In this document: positions 39,112 to 49,842 of the stretch, piece by piece | Layout: each line of letters opens with the position of its first letter | Numbering within the stretch: the stretch's first letter is position 1 | Origin: Candidatus Omnitrophota bacterium | GTDB lineage: Bacteria; Omnitrophota; Gorgyraeia; Gygaellales; Profunditerraquicolaceae | NCBI GenBank assembly: GCA_016208765.1 | Contig: JACQXK010000032.1 | Location: 118,385 to 182,384, forward strand | Direction: 5' to 3' | DNA: 64,000 bases | Program-made: the position numbers and the translations under genes | Notes under the pieces: generated by a model | The model's input: only the letters and a program-made list of their open reading frames with translations | What the model was told of the DNA's origin: nothing | Database searches by the model: none

Positions 39112-40208
39112 TTATTTTCCTTAAGAATACCTCCGTTTATAACTTGTTTCCAAAGAAGAGCGTTCTTTATTAGAGAAAAACTATTTTCAACAGTATCTCT
39201 TCCGCTTAAACCGACTGTCTTGCGCAAACTTTCACTCAATATCAATTTTTCTAGTTTATTTTCCCAATCCTGACTAGTGTTCGCAATAAACCCGTTTTCA
39301 CTATCTTTAATAAAAGAAGTAACCACGCCTACGGGAGAAGAAACTACCGGAATGCCGCTTGCCATGTAAAGCAACGCCTTAAAAGCACATTTACGCCTAT
39401 TCCAAAGAGTATCATATACAGGCATAATCCCAATATCGGCATCAAAGAATACTTTCTTTTCTGTTTTTGTATCCCATTTAATAAAATTAAAATCAATCTC
39501 TGGAAGGAACTTTCTTACCATTGAACTGTCACCATCGCTAAGTATTACGATTTTAAAGGAACGCCTTTCTCTCAATTTAAGCAATGCGGGATAACAAATC
39601 TTAAGCAACTCATGCCCACTCTGGTTGCCTGACCAAAGAATATTGATTACATCTTTTTTACGATATTTATCTGCGTTAACCGACCAATATTCAGTGTCAA
39701 CCGGAGTAGGAATAATAAAAATGTTCCGATTAAATTCAGAGATATCGTCACTTAACCTCTGGTTTCCTACAATCACAGCCTTTGCTAAACTTACAATCTT
39801 GTATATTTGCTTCCTGTCCTGGAAAATTACCCACGGGAATAACTTTACTTCTGTAACCGGGCTTATCGTTACTGCATCATCAAAATCTACAATCAAATTC
39901 TTACTAAAAAGAGAAAGCAAACAGTGCAAGCCGCGGTAATTAATTGTTGCAATGCTTTTCTGTAAAAAAACTACATCATACTTGAAAGAAAAAACAATAT
40001 CTTTTAACCTTGTAAAAAATTCAAACAAGTGAAAAACAGCCTTCTCTATAAATGATTTTTTCCCGTAAAATCTCCTAAATACCCATTCCGGGACAACTGG
40101 CCTTATAGCATATTTGGTATCAGGGCCAAGATAAGGTAGAAATTGCAAGATACGAAACCTCGTACTTGGCTGTAAACCCGGGTATAATGTAAGAAACAAT
40201 ATTTTCAT
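39108..40208 (-). CDS. GT4 glycosyltransferase
   Basis: STRFRILQ, DFDDA, DIGIMP, KCAFKALLYMASGIPVVSSPVG. Confidence 0.9.
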   Translation of the reverse strand: MKILFLTLYPGLQPSTRFRILQFLPYLGPDTKYAIRPVVPEWVFRRFYGKKSFIEKAVFHLFEFFTRLKDIVFSFKYDVVFLQKSIATINYRGLHCLLSLFSKNLIVDFDDAVTISPVTEVKLFPWVIFQDRKQIYKIVSLAKAVIVGNQRLSDDISEFNRNIFIIPTPVDTEYWSVNADKYRKKDVINILWSGNQSGHELLKICYPALLKLRERRSFKIVILSDGDSSMVRKFLPEIDFNFIKWDTKTEKKVFFDADIGIMPVYDTLWNRRKCAFKALLYMASGIPVVSSPVGVVTSFIKDSENGFIANTSQDWENKLEKLILSESLRKTVGLSGRDTVENSFSLIKNALLWKQVINGGILKENK

Positions 40209-41233
40209 GGACGCCTGAGAATGATTTTCTTTCTATTAATATAAAAACTGCAAAACTTCCTCCAGAAAAAATACAACATTGGATTACCAGCTATTTCATA
40301 TTCGCCCGCAAGCTCAAACCGCTCCCCTCCTAAGCCCTGTTTATAAAATTGTATCCCTGGAAGCTCATTTTTATCCGGCGGGACACCACCCAAATCGTAT
40401 ACAAGAAAATCATTTTCTTTCAGCCAATTAATTATTTTCCAGTGAATCAACTGACTAGCCCCTATATCATTATTTAATTTTAAGCTTGCCGCCCACATCT
40501 GCTCTGCTTTCTTGGCGTAAAAGAAAATAAACTCGCATGCCACAGTCCGTCCCTCAAAATCAGCAGTAAAAATCTTGACCTGCTTCTTAGGGCCGAATTC
40601 CTCAACTATTTTCTTAAAGAAGCTAAAAACATGGGTGCTGGTTTTGCCTTCTTCTGATAAAGTTTGATAAACTTTGTAAAACTTATTTAAATCATCAAGC
40701 GTTTCACCTGCGTTAACCACAACTCCAACTCTCTCTGCTTTCCTTATTGCCGTCCTAACATTGCCGCGAAAATTACCCCATATCTTTGATAGCTCCATAC
40801 TGAGGTTAATCCTATAAGTACAAACATGCATATCTCTCATTTTTGATTTTATAAAATTGTTTTTTCTAAACAACTCTTCGCAACTGCTTGATTTTGTAAT
40901 CAATGGATTAATCTTGCAGAAAATTCCCCTCTCTTTAATCATCAATGTCTTAATAGCTTGAACAATAGAAGATAAGCTATCTGAATCACAAAATATTGGC
41001 CCGCGAGGAATATAGAAAATAGAGAAATGGAATTTCTTGCGTTGCAATATCTGTGCAAAGCCGCAAATTTTTCCTTTATTTTCAAACAAAAATCTTAAGG
41101 GCTGCCAACCCAACTCCCGAGACACTTCTCCCCAGGCATAAGTTTGAAAAAGATGTCCACTTGGAGAGCTTAATACAAATTGATCAATGGCCTCTATCTC
41201 TCCCTCTTCTTTGTTTATTTGCTTTAAATTCAT
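40205..41233 (-). CDS. FemAB/FemX-like tRNA-dependent aminoacyltransferase (GNAT fold)
   Basis: HLFQTYAWG, YIPRGP, RTAIRKAER.GV, YDLGG, YKQGLGG. Confidence 0.85.
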   Translation of the reverse strand: MNLKQINKEEGEIEAIDQFVLSSPSGHLFQTYAWGEVSRELGWQPLRFLFENKGKICGFAQILQRKKFHFSIFYIPRGPIFCDSDSLSSIVQAIKTLMIKERGIFCKINPLITKSSSCEELFRKNNFIKSKMRDMHVCTYRINLSMELSKIWGNFRGNVRTAIRKAERVGVVVNAGETLDDLNKFYKVYQTLSEEGKTSTHVFSFFKKIVEEFGPKKQVKIFTADFEGRTVACEFIFFYAKKAEQMWAASLKLNNDIGASQLIHWKIINWLKENDFLVYDLGGVPPDKNELPGIQFYKQGLGGERFELAGEYEIAGNPMLYFFWRKFCSFYINRKKIILRRP

Positions 41234-41265
41234 TTTTAAGATAGCCGTTTTTAATTACAGCTATT

Positions 41266-41943
41266 TTATTTCCGGCCCAGATAAAATATACCAAAAGGCA
41301 TAAGCTCGGCCTGTTTATATTTGGTTAGAAAATAATCAAGTAATTTAATGGGCAAAACAAACCACCCAAAGACATAGTAATATAAGATATGAAACAACTT
41401 ATCGCTATTAAAAGAAAATAGCAATGCTAAATAAGCCCTTAAAATATGGGCAAATGCGGCGCTTGGCCCGGAAATAATACCCGACTTTATCTTTCTAAAT
41501 CCGGCATCGCCGAATGATTTCTCAAGCCCCAACTGGGTAAATCTTTGGAAATCATACGGAGCTGCATGCACAATCTGAAAAAAAGGAGTCTCAACAAAAA
41601 CATACCCTTTGTCCTTTAAGATCCTGTAAATTTCTCTGGCACAAACCCTGGGATTATTTAAATGCTCAACAACCCCTCCCAGCCAAACAAATCCAATTGA
41701 TTTGTCCAAAAAAGGAAGATAGTGCGCATCAGCAGCAACATCAATACCCGGTGCCGGGCCAAAATCCAATTTAATGGCATTCTTTGTAATCGGCCTCTCT
41801 CCACAACCAATATCTAAAACAGGAGAATTATTCTCAAAAAGAGGCAAAACATCCTTTCTTGCCTCTTTTACATCCTTATTTAACATAACGCAGCTGTGCG
41901 CAAGAGCCCCGCGATTTAAACATTTCTTTATCATTTTCAACAT
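41266..41943 (-). CDS. Class I SAM methyltransferase
   Basis: LDIGCG, DAHYLPF, VEHL..P, ETPF...HAAPYDFQRFT. Start 41943 follows a GGAG RBS. Confidence 0.88.
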   Translation of the reverse strand: MLKMIKKCLNRGALAHSCVMLNKDVKEARKDVLPLFENNSPVLDIGCGERPITKNAIKLDFGPAPGIDVAADAHYLPFLDKSIGFVWLGGVVEHLNNPRVCAREIYRILKDKGYVFVETPFFQIVHAAPYDFQRFTQLGLEKSFGDAGFRKIKSGIISGPSAAFAHILRAYLALLFSFNSDKLFHILYYYVFGWFVLPIKLLDYFLTKYKQAELMPFGIFYLGRK

Positions 41944-41968
41944 ACTATTTCTCCAAACAACCAAGGTT

Positions 41969-43486
41969 TTATCTAATTACCCTGAGTTTTCTAACACTCC
42001 TGGTTAACGGTAAAATAAAATAATTCAAGAATACATTTAGTGGCTTCTTAACTAAAACAGGAGAATTATTATAAATAGCATTATATAAAGGATAAAAGAA
42101 AAACTTCTTATTAAAGATATGACGGCCTACCAAAGTAAAACCGATGAAGATCCTTCTTAAGACATATTTTAAAGAAACATTTTCTTCCATGAATTTATCA
42201 TGATAATCAAGAATAGTATTCCCGTCCAGTCCGAACGGGACAAACATTGGATTTTCCGTACTTCTATAATCCTCCCATTTAGTTGATAAAATAACTCCGG
42301 TATCCTTGGCAATATCATTAAATAGTTTCGTGCCGACATACGGGGTCATACATTGGAAAACATACCTAAATGGCTTTAGTTGCCTGATAAGGTTTATAGA
42401 ATCATTTATAGTTTCCTTTGTTTCATAAGGATGCCCTATAATCATAAGCGCTAAAGTAGCGATCCCTGATTCATGCGTTAATAAAAATGCTCTTTTTATC
42501 ATCTCTATTGTAATTCTTTTCTTAGCCCGATCTAATATTTGCTGGTTTCCTGACTCAACCCCATAACAAATTTTAACGCAACCAGCCTGCTTCATCAAAA
42601 CAAGCATTTCCTTATTAACCTGGTCAACTCGTGCCAAACATCTCCACTTAATATCAATTTTCTTGGTAATTAAGCTCTGACAAAATTGATACAAAAATTC
42701 TTTTTTTAAGGTTAACCCGTCATCCAGAAAAATAAAATAGCGAATATTATAAGCCTTTATTAATAACTCAACTTCATTAATTACGCTCTCAACTGACCTG
42801 AATCTTATCTGTCTTTTCCAGTAATCAGGAGAACTGCAAAATATACATTCATATGGGCATCCACGCGAAGCCATTACTTCAATCATGGGATTTCCAAAAA
42901 TTGTCTCACCAGAAAAATACTCCTTCATGGGCAATAGGTTTCTGGAAGGTAAAGGCAATTCATTTAAATCCTCTATAAATTCTCTGTCTTGCGTTACAAA
43001 AATATTCTTATTATATAAGAATGCCAACCCCTTAATCTGTTGAAAATCACTGCGATCATTCTCAAGAGCCCTGACCAACTCCAAAAAGGTCAACTCTCCT
43101 TCTCCCCGAATGATAAAATCAATAAGGCCCGGTTCTTTAATCAATAGCTCCTTATAACAATATGTTGCATGGATCCCCCCAAACATAATAATTAAACCAG
43201 GATTGCTTTCTCTTAACTTCTTTGCTAAATTAAAACCATTTGTTATCTGATGCGTCATTCCGGTTATGCCAACAATGTTAAATTTTCCCTCTTTAACATA
43301 ATCGCCAATCCGATTATCGGCAACATTAGAAGCAGGCATATCAAGGATGTCTATATCATAACCATTCTCCTGCATATAAGCCGCCAAATAAGCAAGACCA
43401 AAAGGAGGATGCTTGTCATTCTTAGTATCAATACCGTCTCCCGGATAAGTCCTGGGATTAATTAATAATATTCTTGGTTTCTTCAT
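41969..43486 (-). CDS. Cobalamin-binding radical SAM enzyme (class B methylase-like)
   Basis: PPFGLAYLAA, GGIHAT, GEGE, SRGCPYECIFC (CxxxCxxC), GVESG, PYVGT. Confidence 0.92.
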   Translation of the reverse strand: MKKPRILLINPRTYPGDGIDTKNDKHPPFGLAYLAAYMQENGYDIDILDMPASNVADNRIGDYVKEGKFNIVGITGMTHQITNGFNLAKKLRESNPGLIIMFGGIHATYCYKELLIKEPGLIDFIIRGEGELTFLELVRALENDRSDFQQIKGLAFLYNKNIFVTQDREFIEDLNELPLPSRNLLPMKEYFSGETIFGNPMIEVMASRGCPYECIFCSSPDYWKRQIRFRSVESVINEVELLIKAYNIRYFIFLDDGLTLKKEFLYQFCQSLITKKIDIKWRCLARVDQVNKEMLVLMKQAGCVKICYGVESGNQQILDRAKKRITIEMIKRAFLLTHESGIATLALMIIGHPYETKETINDSINLIRQLKPFRYVFQCMTPYVGTKLFNDIAKDTGVILSTKWEDYRSTENPMFVPFGLDGNTILDYHDKFMEENVSLKYVLRRIFIGFTLVGRHIFNKKFFFYPLYNAIYNNSPVLVKKPLNVFLNYFILPLTRSVRKLRVIR

Positions 43487-43498
43487 TTTTTATAAAAA

Positions 43499-44641
43499 TC
43501 AGGCAGCTACTTTCTTGTAAATATTAACAATTTCACCTGCTGTTTTATTCCAAGAAAACAATTTGGCCCTTTCTATTCCTTTTCTTGATAATTCAATCTT
43601 AAGCTGAGAAGAATCCATTATTTCTCCTATCTGATACGCCAAAGCATTTACATCGTCAGGATCAAACAACACTGCAGCGTCACCAACAACTTCCGGAAGA
43701 GAACACCTGTTTGAACATAAAACAGGGCACCCGCAAGCCATCGCCTCTAAAGGAGGGAATCCAAATCCTTCAAATATAGAAGGAAAAACAAACAAAGAAG
43801 CCAGATTATAAAGCGAAACTAACTGAGGATCATTAATGTTGTTCAAGAAAACAACCGAATCCTTAAGCAACAGGCTCCCTGCCAATTGTTCCAGTGGCAA
43901 ATACATTTTATTATCATATTTCTGAGGGCGTCTGCCAACTATCACTAATTTCAAGTCACTATAATGCGAATCAGCCGAAAGAATGCCGAATGCTTTAATC
44001 AAAGTTGTTAGATTCTTTCTAAAATCAAGCCCTCCGGCATATAAAATAAACCTTCCTGAAAGATTAAACTGATTCAATAAAGACCGTGCTTCTTCCTCAT
44101 TTAACGGCAACTTTCTAAACGCCTGCCCAAGCCCATTATAAACCCTAAAAACCTTTCCGGGGTTAACTCCGAGGACATCTACAATATCCCTCTTTGAAAA
44201 ATCAGAAACTGTTAGAATACAATCCGCGTTTTTTTTAATGCACCTTAACTCTTTAAGATACTGTTTAAAATGGTCAACATCTTTAAAAAACCTTTCAGGG
44301 AAATGATACGGGGCTAAATCGTGCATAGTAACAACTGTTTTACAGTATTTAGAACTCCAGATATCAGAATTAGGAAAATGAAACAAATCCAAATCCTTAT
44401 AAAAATGCTTCCCAATACAACCTAAGCCCGGACGCCTGATAAACCGGAATCTTTTAGCCAAAGGCTCAATAGAAAAATTGGGTCTAAGCCCAAAATCCTT
44501 CACCAACAAAGTATTATCAGAAAAAAGGACAAACTCATCCTCTTTGTCTATCTGGCTAAACGCCTTAATTAAACTACAAGTATATCTATCAATGCCTCGA
44601 CCTTGCGAATTTATTCTTGTTGCCTCAATGCCAATTCTCAA
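43499..44641 (-). CDS. GT4 glycosyltransferase (mannosyltransferase-like)
   Basis: [28 protein letters not shown]. Confidence 0.92.
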   Translation of the reverse strand: MRIGIEATRINSQGRGIDRYTCSLIKAFSQIDKEDEFVLFSDNTLLVKDFGLRPNFSIEPLAKRFRFIRRPGLGCIGKHFYKDLDLFHFPNSDIWSSKYCKTVVTMHDLAPYHFPERFFKDVDHFKQYLKELRCIKKNADCILTVSDFSKRDIVDVLGVNPGKVFRVYNGLGQAFRKLPLNEEEARSLLNQFNLSGRFILYAGGLDFRKNLTTLIKAFGILSADSHYSDLKLVIVGRRPQKYDNKMYLPLEQLAGSLLLKDSVVFLNNINDPQLVSLYNLASLFVFPSIFEGFGFPPLEAMACGCPVLCSNRCSLPEVVGDAAVLFDPDDVNALAYQIGEIMDSSQLKIELSRKGIERAKLFSWNKTAGEIVNIYKKVAA

Positions 44642-44656
44642 TCAGCTACCTCTCTA

Positions 44657-45574
44657 TTAACTACTGAACGTCCTTTGATTATAAAATCTGCCTACAAAAA
44701 AATCACACACACCTGCTAATGAAGCAAAAAAAAGTTTATGTTTTTTTTCTATAAGAAAACCTAAAATGTTGGTTCTTATAAATTCCCACGAAAAATTGAC
44801 AAAAAATGCGGCAAACGTGGTTTTTGAGAAATTCTTCCACATAAAAAGTAGGCGGTTTCTTGTACGGTAATAATAAAAACTGGAAGACTCTCTTCCTAAA
44901 GACGAAGAAACCTTGTGCCAGACTTTTGCATTGCATGCAAATGCTATCTTGAGCCCGTATTTTCTTAAACGTAAACACCAGTCAGGATCCTCATAATAAA
45001 TAAAAAATCTTTCATCCAACATACCAATGAGCTCAATGACCTTTCTTTTTATAAAAGTAAAACCTCCGGGAAGGCTGTCAAACACCCTGCCATCTCTGTC
45101 ATACTGGCCCACATCAAGCTCGCCCTGCCCTGAATTATAGAAGCATCCGCTTCTTAAATCTAATTTGGCTCCTCCGGCAATCCAGAATTTATTTGGCTCA
45201 TTAAAATAATATACTTTCATGCCTACCAATCCTATATCTTCTTTACTTTCAGCTACTTTTACAAGCTCTGTTAGAATATCCACATCAACAACAGCATCGT
45301 TATCCAAAAAGAAAAGGTAATCCGCGTCACTATTATTCATAAAATATCCTATTCCCAGATTCCTGCCTCCGGCACACCCTAAATTCTTCTTTTCCTCAAT
45401 GATCTTTAAAGGATGTTTTTCCATATCCCATTTCACAGGAAAATTTCCGATAGATTCATTATTAACAAGGATGATTTCAAAATCTTCGTATTTAACATTC
45501 TTTAGCGAATTTAAACATTCCAATGTCAATTCATCCTGTCTGTGATTTAAGATTAATATGGCTATTTTTTTCAT
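44657..45574 (-). CDS. GT2 glycosyltransferase (rhamnosyltransferase-like)
   Basis: NLGCAGGRNLG, FLDNDA, FFIYYEDPDWCLR, YY.TRNRL. Start moved to MKKIA (45574). Confidence 0.9.
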   Translation of the reverse strand: MKKIAILILNHRQDELTLECLNSLKNVKYEDFEIILVNNESIGNFPVKWDMEKHPLKIIEEKKNLGCAGGRNLGIGYFMNNSDADYLFFLDNDAVVDVDILTELVKVAESKEDIGLVGMKVYYFNEPNKFWIAGGAKLDLRSGCFYNSGQGELDVGQYDRDGRVFDSLPGGFTFIKRKVIELIGMLDERFFIYYEDPDWCLRLRKYGLKIAFACNAKVWHKVSSSLGRESSSFYYYRTRNRLLFMWKNFSKTTFAAFFVNFSWEFIRTNILGFLIEKKHKLFFASLAGVCDFFVGRFYNQRTFSS

Positions 45575-45597
45575 GTTCAAGAAATGCGCAAGATCGC

Positions 45598-46854
45598 CTA
45601 AACTACTTCCCACTTGTAAGGAAAAGAGGCCACGCCCGGACGCCCATCAAATTGCCTGCCGCTTAAGAAGCTATTTCCAATCTCAAAAGAAAGAATGTGC
45701 TCTGACCAATCATAAATTACCTTCAAAGGGCCAAAGATACCGACAGAAACAGTATACCTGCCGGGCATAAGAAAATTAGGGTCAATAATTAATGCGCACT
45801 TGATATTGCTTCCCTGATTCCCCTTGATTTTCTCTGCATTATCGTAATAAAACGATGTCAAAACCGTATCACCAAAACTGTTGTAAATAAAAACCCAGGG
45901 GATAATGGTTAAATCCGATTGGAAAGATTCTATTTCAATTACTATTTTAAAAGGTTCCCATATATCAAATTGCCTGGAAGATTTTTTATCTAAGGCTTCT
46001 ATTGCCGCAGAAATAACTGAAGCGGATTCTGTTTTAACGCGCTTCTTCTCAGCAGGGATCAAGCCGGAATTATTAACGTTTTCATCACTTAAAATATTCT
46101 TCATGTATCTGCCAATTATCTCTCCGGAGCTTCCTATGGCCTCTACCCTGCCATTATCAAGGAATATTGCTTTCTCACACAAATACCTGACCAAGCCCAT
46201 ATTGTGGCTGACAAAAATTACTGTGCGGCCGAGCCTTGCCACATCTTCCATTTTCCCTAAACATTTTTTCTGAAAGGCTAAATCACCAACAGCCAGAACT
46301 TCATCAACCAGTAAAATCTCAGTCTCTAAATAAGCTGCTACTGCAAAGGTAAGGCGGACATACATACCGCTGGAATAACGCTTAACCGGCGTGTCAATAA
46401 ACTTAGTAATCTCTGTAAAAGCGATTATTTCATCAAGCTTACGGTCAATTTCCCGTTTAGACATTCCTAATACAGCTCCGTTCATATAAATATTCTCTCT
46501 TCCGGTAAGCTCAGGATGAAAACCGGTGCCCACCTCAAGAAGGCTGCCTATCCTGCCGCAAATCTCAACCCTGCCCTTTGTCGGCTCGGTAATTCGGGAA
46601 AGTATCTTTAGAAGAGTTGACTTTCCAGCACCATTTCTCCCGATTATTCCTACAACTTCAGACCTTTTCAATTCAAAACTGACATCTTTTAACGCCCAGA
46701 CAAAATCATCATTATCATGAATTTTCTTTTCTTTCTTTCTTAACAAACCATGAAAAGAATCAGTCAATAAATCGCGGAGAGTATCGTGGTGTATCGTCTC
46801 GCCTATTTTGTAAGATTTGGATATTTTCTCAACTTTGATTATTGCTTCGCTCAT
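45598..46854 (-). CDS. wzt: Polysaccharide ABC exporter ATPase with C-terminal Wzt_C domain
   Basis: GRNGAGKST, GFHPELTGREN, YSSGMYVRL, DEVLAVGD, plus a C-terminal extension (PG.Y.VSVG). Confidence 0.94.
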   Translation of the reverse strand: MSEAIIKVEKISKSYKIGETIHHDTLRDLLTDSFHGLLRKKEKKIHDNDDFVWALKDVSFELKRSEVVGIIGRNGAGKSTLLKILSRITEPTKGRVEICGRIGSLLEVGTGFHPELTGRENIYMNGAVLGMSKREIDRKLDEIIAFTEITKFIDTPVKRYSSGMYVRLTFAVAAYLETEILLVDEVLAVGDLAFQKKCLGKMEDVARLGRTVIFVSHNMGLVRYLCEKAIFLDNGRVEAIGSSGEIIGRYMKNILSDENVNNSGLIPAEKKRVKTESASVISAAIEALDKKSSRQFDIWEPFKIVIEIESFQSDLTIIPWVFIYNSFGDTVLTSFYYDNAEKIKGNQGSNIKCALIIDPNFLMPGRYTVSVGIFGPLKVIYDWSEHILSFEIGNSFLSGRQFDGRPGVASFPYKWEVV

Positions 46855-47684
46855 ATAATATCCGCAAACGTCCTTTCCAAGCGCTTAAAATAAAACAGGC
46901 CTGAAACAAAAATAATAACAGAAATTAAAACTTGCAAGAATAGCCAATTCCAACTAAAAGGAATGCCCAAAAAAACCCAGCGTAATCCATCGATTGCCCC
47001 TGCTACCGGATTTAAATAATAAAGCCAGAGATACTTTTGCGGGATGGCGGCTTTAAGATACGCAACCGGAGTAAGAAAGAATATTGTTTGGATAAAATAA
47101 GGCAAAATCTTGCCCACATCACGAAATTTAACACTGATAGCGGCTGCCCATAGCCCAACACCACTTGATATCAAAGTAATTAGAATTATAAAAACCGGCA
47201 AGAAAATAATAGATAAAGATAGCTGCACTCTAAAATAAAATATCATTAAAATAAGCAATACCGAAGCAATCACAAAATCTAACAACGCCCTTAAGACTAC
47301 TGACAATGGAATAATCAAACGCGGAAAATAAATTTTTGAAATCAAGTTTGTATTTGTCAGCATCGCATTTCCTGCCCCATTTACAATCTCAGAAAAATAA
47401 TTCCAGGCGATTGTGCCGCTTAAAGTTATTAGCACATACGGAACCCCGGCTGAAGGGAATTTTGCAATAACCCCAAAAACAAACGCCCAAACAAACATCT
47501 GCATAAGAGGATTAACTAGCGCCCAGGAAACTCCTAAAAATGTCTGCTTATAGCGGACCTTAATATCTCTTAAGGCAAGAAAATAGAACAACTCTCTATA
47601 CTGCCATAATTCTTGCAATTTGAGACACGCCCAGCCTTTCGTAGGCTCAATTATTATCTTATTTACAATAGTAGCTCTTTTCAT
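46851..47684 (-). CDS. wzm: Polysaccharide ABC exporter permease
   Basis: RDIKVRYKQTFLG..WA..NP, KIYFPR, FRDV, TPVAY, LNP, ERTFADII. Confidence 0.94.
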   Translation of the reverse strand: MKRATIVNKIIIEPTKGWACLKLQELWQYRELFYFLALRDIKVRYKQTFLGVSWALVNPLMQMFVWAFVFGVIAKFPSAGVPYVLITLSGTIAWNYFSEIVNGAGNAMLTNTNLISKIYFPRLIIPLSVVLRALLDFVIASVLLILMIFYFRVQLSLSIIFLPVFIILITLISSGVGLWAAAISVKFRDVGKILPYFIQTIFFLTPVAYLKAAIPQKYLWLYYLNPVAGAIDGLRWVFLGIPFSWNWLFLQVLISVIIFVSGLFYFKRLERTFADII

Positions 47685-47690
47685 AATTGT

Positions 47691-48281
47691 TTATTGACTG
47701 CCCGATGATCTATCCGTCTCTAACCTGGATTTGATCACCCTAGCAGGAGACCCAACTGCAATGGAATAAGCAGGGATATCCTTATTTACAAAACTATTTG
47801 CTCCAATCACGCTTCCCTTACCAATTTTAACGTTTCCTGCAATCACCACATGCGCTCCCAGCCAGCAATCATCCTCTATTATTACCGCCCCTTCACCACT
47901 AAGCGGCTGCTTAATCATCGGTTGATTTGTATCTAAAACACTGTGTTGTTGAGAAGTAATCACACAGTATGGCCCCAACATTACATTCTCTCCTAAGCTA
48001 ATCTGGGCTTTACCGGTAGCAAAAAGCATACACCCTGTATTTATCCAAGAACCTTGCCCGATAGAAATTAAATTCCAACCTTTAATTATCACCCCTGTAT
48101 GCGTATAAAACCTCCCGCAATTTTTGAGGCGTTTCTTATAAAATCTCCATCTAAATTCAGGGAAAATACCTTCTGACGGAAGATTCCTGATAAAATGCAC
48201 CCACAATGCAGCCCTATTCTCTGAATTAAATACTGAAAAATACAGCCTGATGTTATTTAATACGTTTTTAAATTTATTCAT
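47691..48281 (-). CDS. Hexapeptide-repeat (LbH) O-acyltransferase
   Basis: IIEDDCWLGAHVVI...IGKGSVIGANSFV.KDIP...AVGSPAR. Confidence 0.9.
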   Translation of the reverse strand: MNKFKNVLNNIRLYFSVFNSENRAALWVHFIRNLPSEGIFPEFRWRFYKKRLKNCGRFYTHTGVIIKGWNLISIGQGSWINTGCMLFATGKAQISLGENVMLGPYCVITSQQHSVLDTNQPMIKQPLSGEGAVIIEDDCWLGAHVVIAGNVKIGKGSVIGANSFVNKDIPAYSIAVGSPARVIKSRLETDRSSGSQ

Positions 48282-49806
48282 GTGAGATTAGTTGATGTTG
48301 CATTGAGCGTTTTATGACCTGCTTATTCCAGTAATCATTAAGATAATTATTTACCTCTAAAGAATTTATTGCCTCTGCCTGAGATATATATTCCTGGGCC
48401 TTCTTAACATCATTAAAAACATAATTACATAAGCCTAATCCAAGGTAGGGCCAAAAACTTTGCCCATCTATTGACATAGCCTTTAAAAAATACTCCTTGG
48501 CTTTATTGAGCCTATCTGAATAATCATACCGCCAAGTAGCAAATCTAAGCATCCACAAACCAGTATAATTATATGCTTTAGATAAATTAACCGAACAAAG
48601 CCCGAATAATTTCTTAGCCTCGTCTTCAGATACTAAATTCAGACTCTTCCTTTCTTGGAATATCTCTAAGATTTTATCAGCAATTAACTGCGATATAAGA
48701 ATATAACCTTTAATATTAGGATGGTTGCCATCAATCATTAAGTCATATCCTACAAGACCATCTGCAGAATTATTTGTTAAATGATCCTCAGAATCAACCA
48801 CAAAAACATGCTCTTTGTTTAGCAAGCTTCTTAGAAAATCATTCTGGCCAGAAACAGCCCTCACAGGCATTGCATCAAAATCAACTGCTTTCTTAAAAGC
48901 CTGCTTAGCAACACTAAAATTATTCTGCTTTTGGTAACACTTTCCAAGCTGATAATGCGCTTCAGCAAAGTTGCTGCACAACGAAAGCGCCATAGAATAT
49001 AATTCTGCAGCTTTACTAAAATTATTAAAATCCAATTCTTTCTTGGCCAGTTCCATCAGGTTCTTCAGTTCATCCCTTTGGGCTGATGTTCCAGAGAAAA
49101 CCGAGCGATTCGGCTCAAAATCAGAAATATTTGATGCCAAGGTTGAGAAAATACCTACAACTTTATATTTACGCAACAAACTCTCCGCGCCCGCTACTCC
49201 TAACTTATATCTTGAAATTACCTCTTTATATTTCTTTTGTTCAAACAGCGGCTGATCAAAAAGACTCCTCTCTCCAAGCTCAAACCTGCGGACTTTTGAG
49301 CTTGGCACCAATCTATTAATTATTTTTCTTGCTAAAAAAGAATATTCATATAAAAATGCCAGGAAAATATTATTAAAGATCTCTTTGGCATATTCTTTAG
49401 TGTACCTTAAATACTCGTTGTGGCCCCCATAGAAGATACATAAAGATGGGTAGAAAATATTTTTATTCTTTAACACTACTCTTAGCCTTGTAAGATTATA
49501 GTGAAAATTTATTGCGCATTTACCAAGATTTACATAACAGACAGCCCGATTAAGCATTGAGTCACCTAACATGAAACTGACCAATTTAGGAATTGAAAGA
49601 GCTGGATCATAAGGCACCCCAACCATTGTTGATGAACCGAAATAATAAATATTAAAAGTATTCTCGGAAACTCCGCTTTTATCCGATAATTCTTTTATTT
49701 CTTTCTCCAATAACCAATCCTGCCTTTTTCTTAGAAAGAATTCCATAACAATTATTTCTGTCAAAAAGAAAATAAAAATCACCGGAATAAAATAATTATT
49801 AAACAT
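48274..49806 (-). CDS. Membrane-anchored SGNH-like + TPR protein
   Basis: N-terminal TM, FGSSTMVG (block I), YGGHNEY (block III), DGNHPN (block V), TPR AEAHYQLGKCY. Confidence 0.7.
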   Translation of the reverse strand: MFNNYFIPVIFIFFLTEIIVMEFFLRKRQDWLLEKEIKELSDKSGVSENTFNIYYFGSSTMVGVPYDPALSIPKLVSFMLGDSMLNRAVCYVNLGKCAINFHYNLTRLRVVLKNKNIFYPSLCIFYGGHNEYLRYTKEYAKEIFNNIFLAFLYEYSFLARKIINRLVPSSKVRRFELGERSLFDQPLFEQKKYKEVISRYKLGVAGAESLLRKYKVVGIFSTLASNISDFEPNRSVFSGTSAQRDELKNLMELAKKELDFNNFSKAAELYSMALSLCSNFAEAHYQLGKCYQKQNNFSVAKQAFKKAVDFDAMPVRAVSGQNDFLRSLLNKEHVFVVDSEDHLTNNSADGLVGYDLMIDGNHPNIKGYILISQLIADKILEIFQERKSLNLVSEDEAKKLFGLCSVNLSKAYNYTGLWMLRFATWRYDYSDRLNKAKEYFLKAMSIDGQSFWPYLGLGLCNYVFNDVKKAQEYISQAEAINSLEVNNYLNDYWNKQVIKRSMQHQLISHE

Positions 49807-49842
49807 TTCTAAATTGTGCTCTATTTAATGAACTTTACCCAT

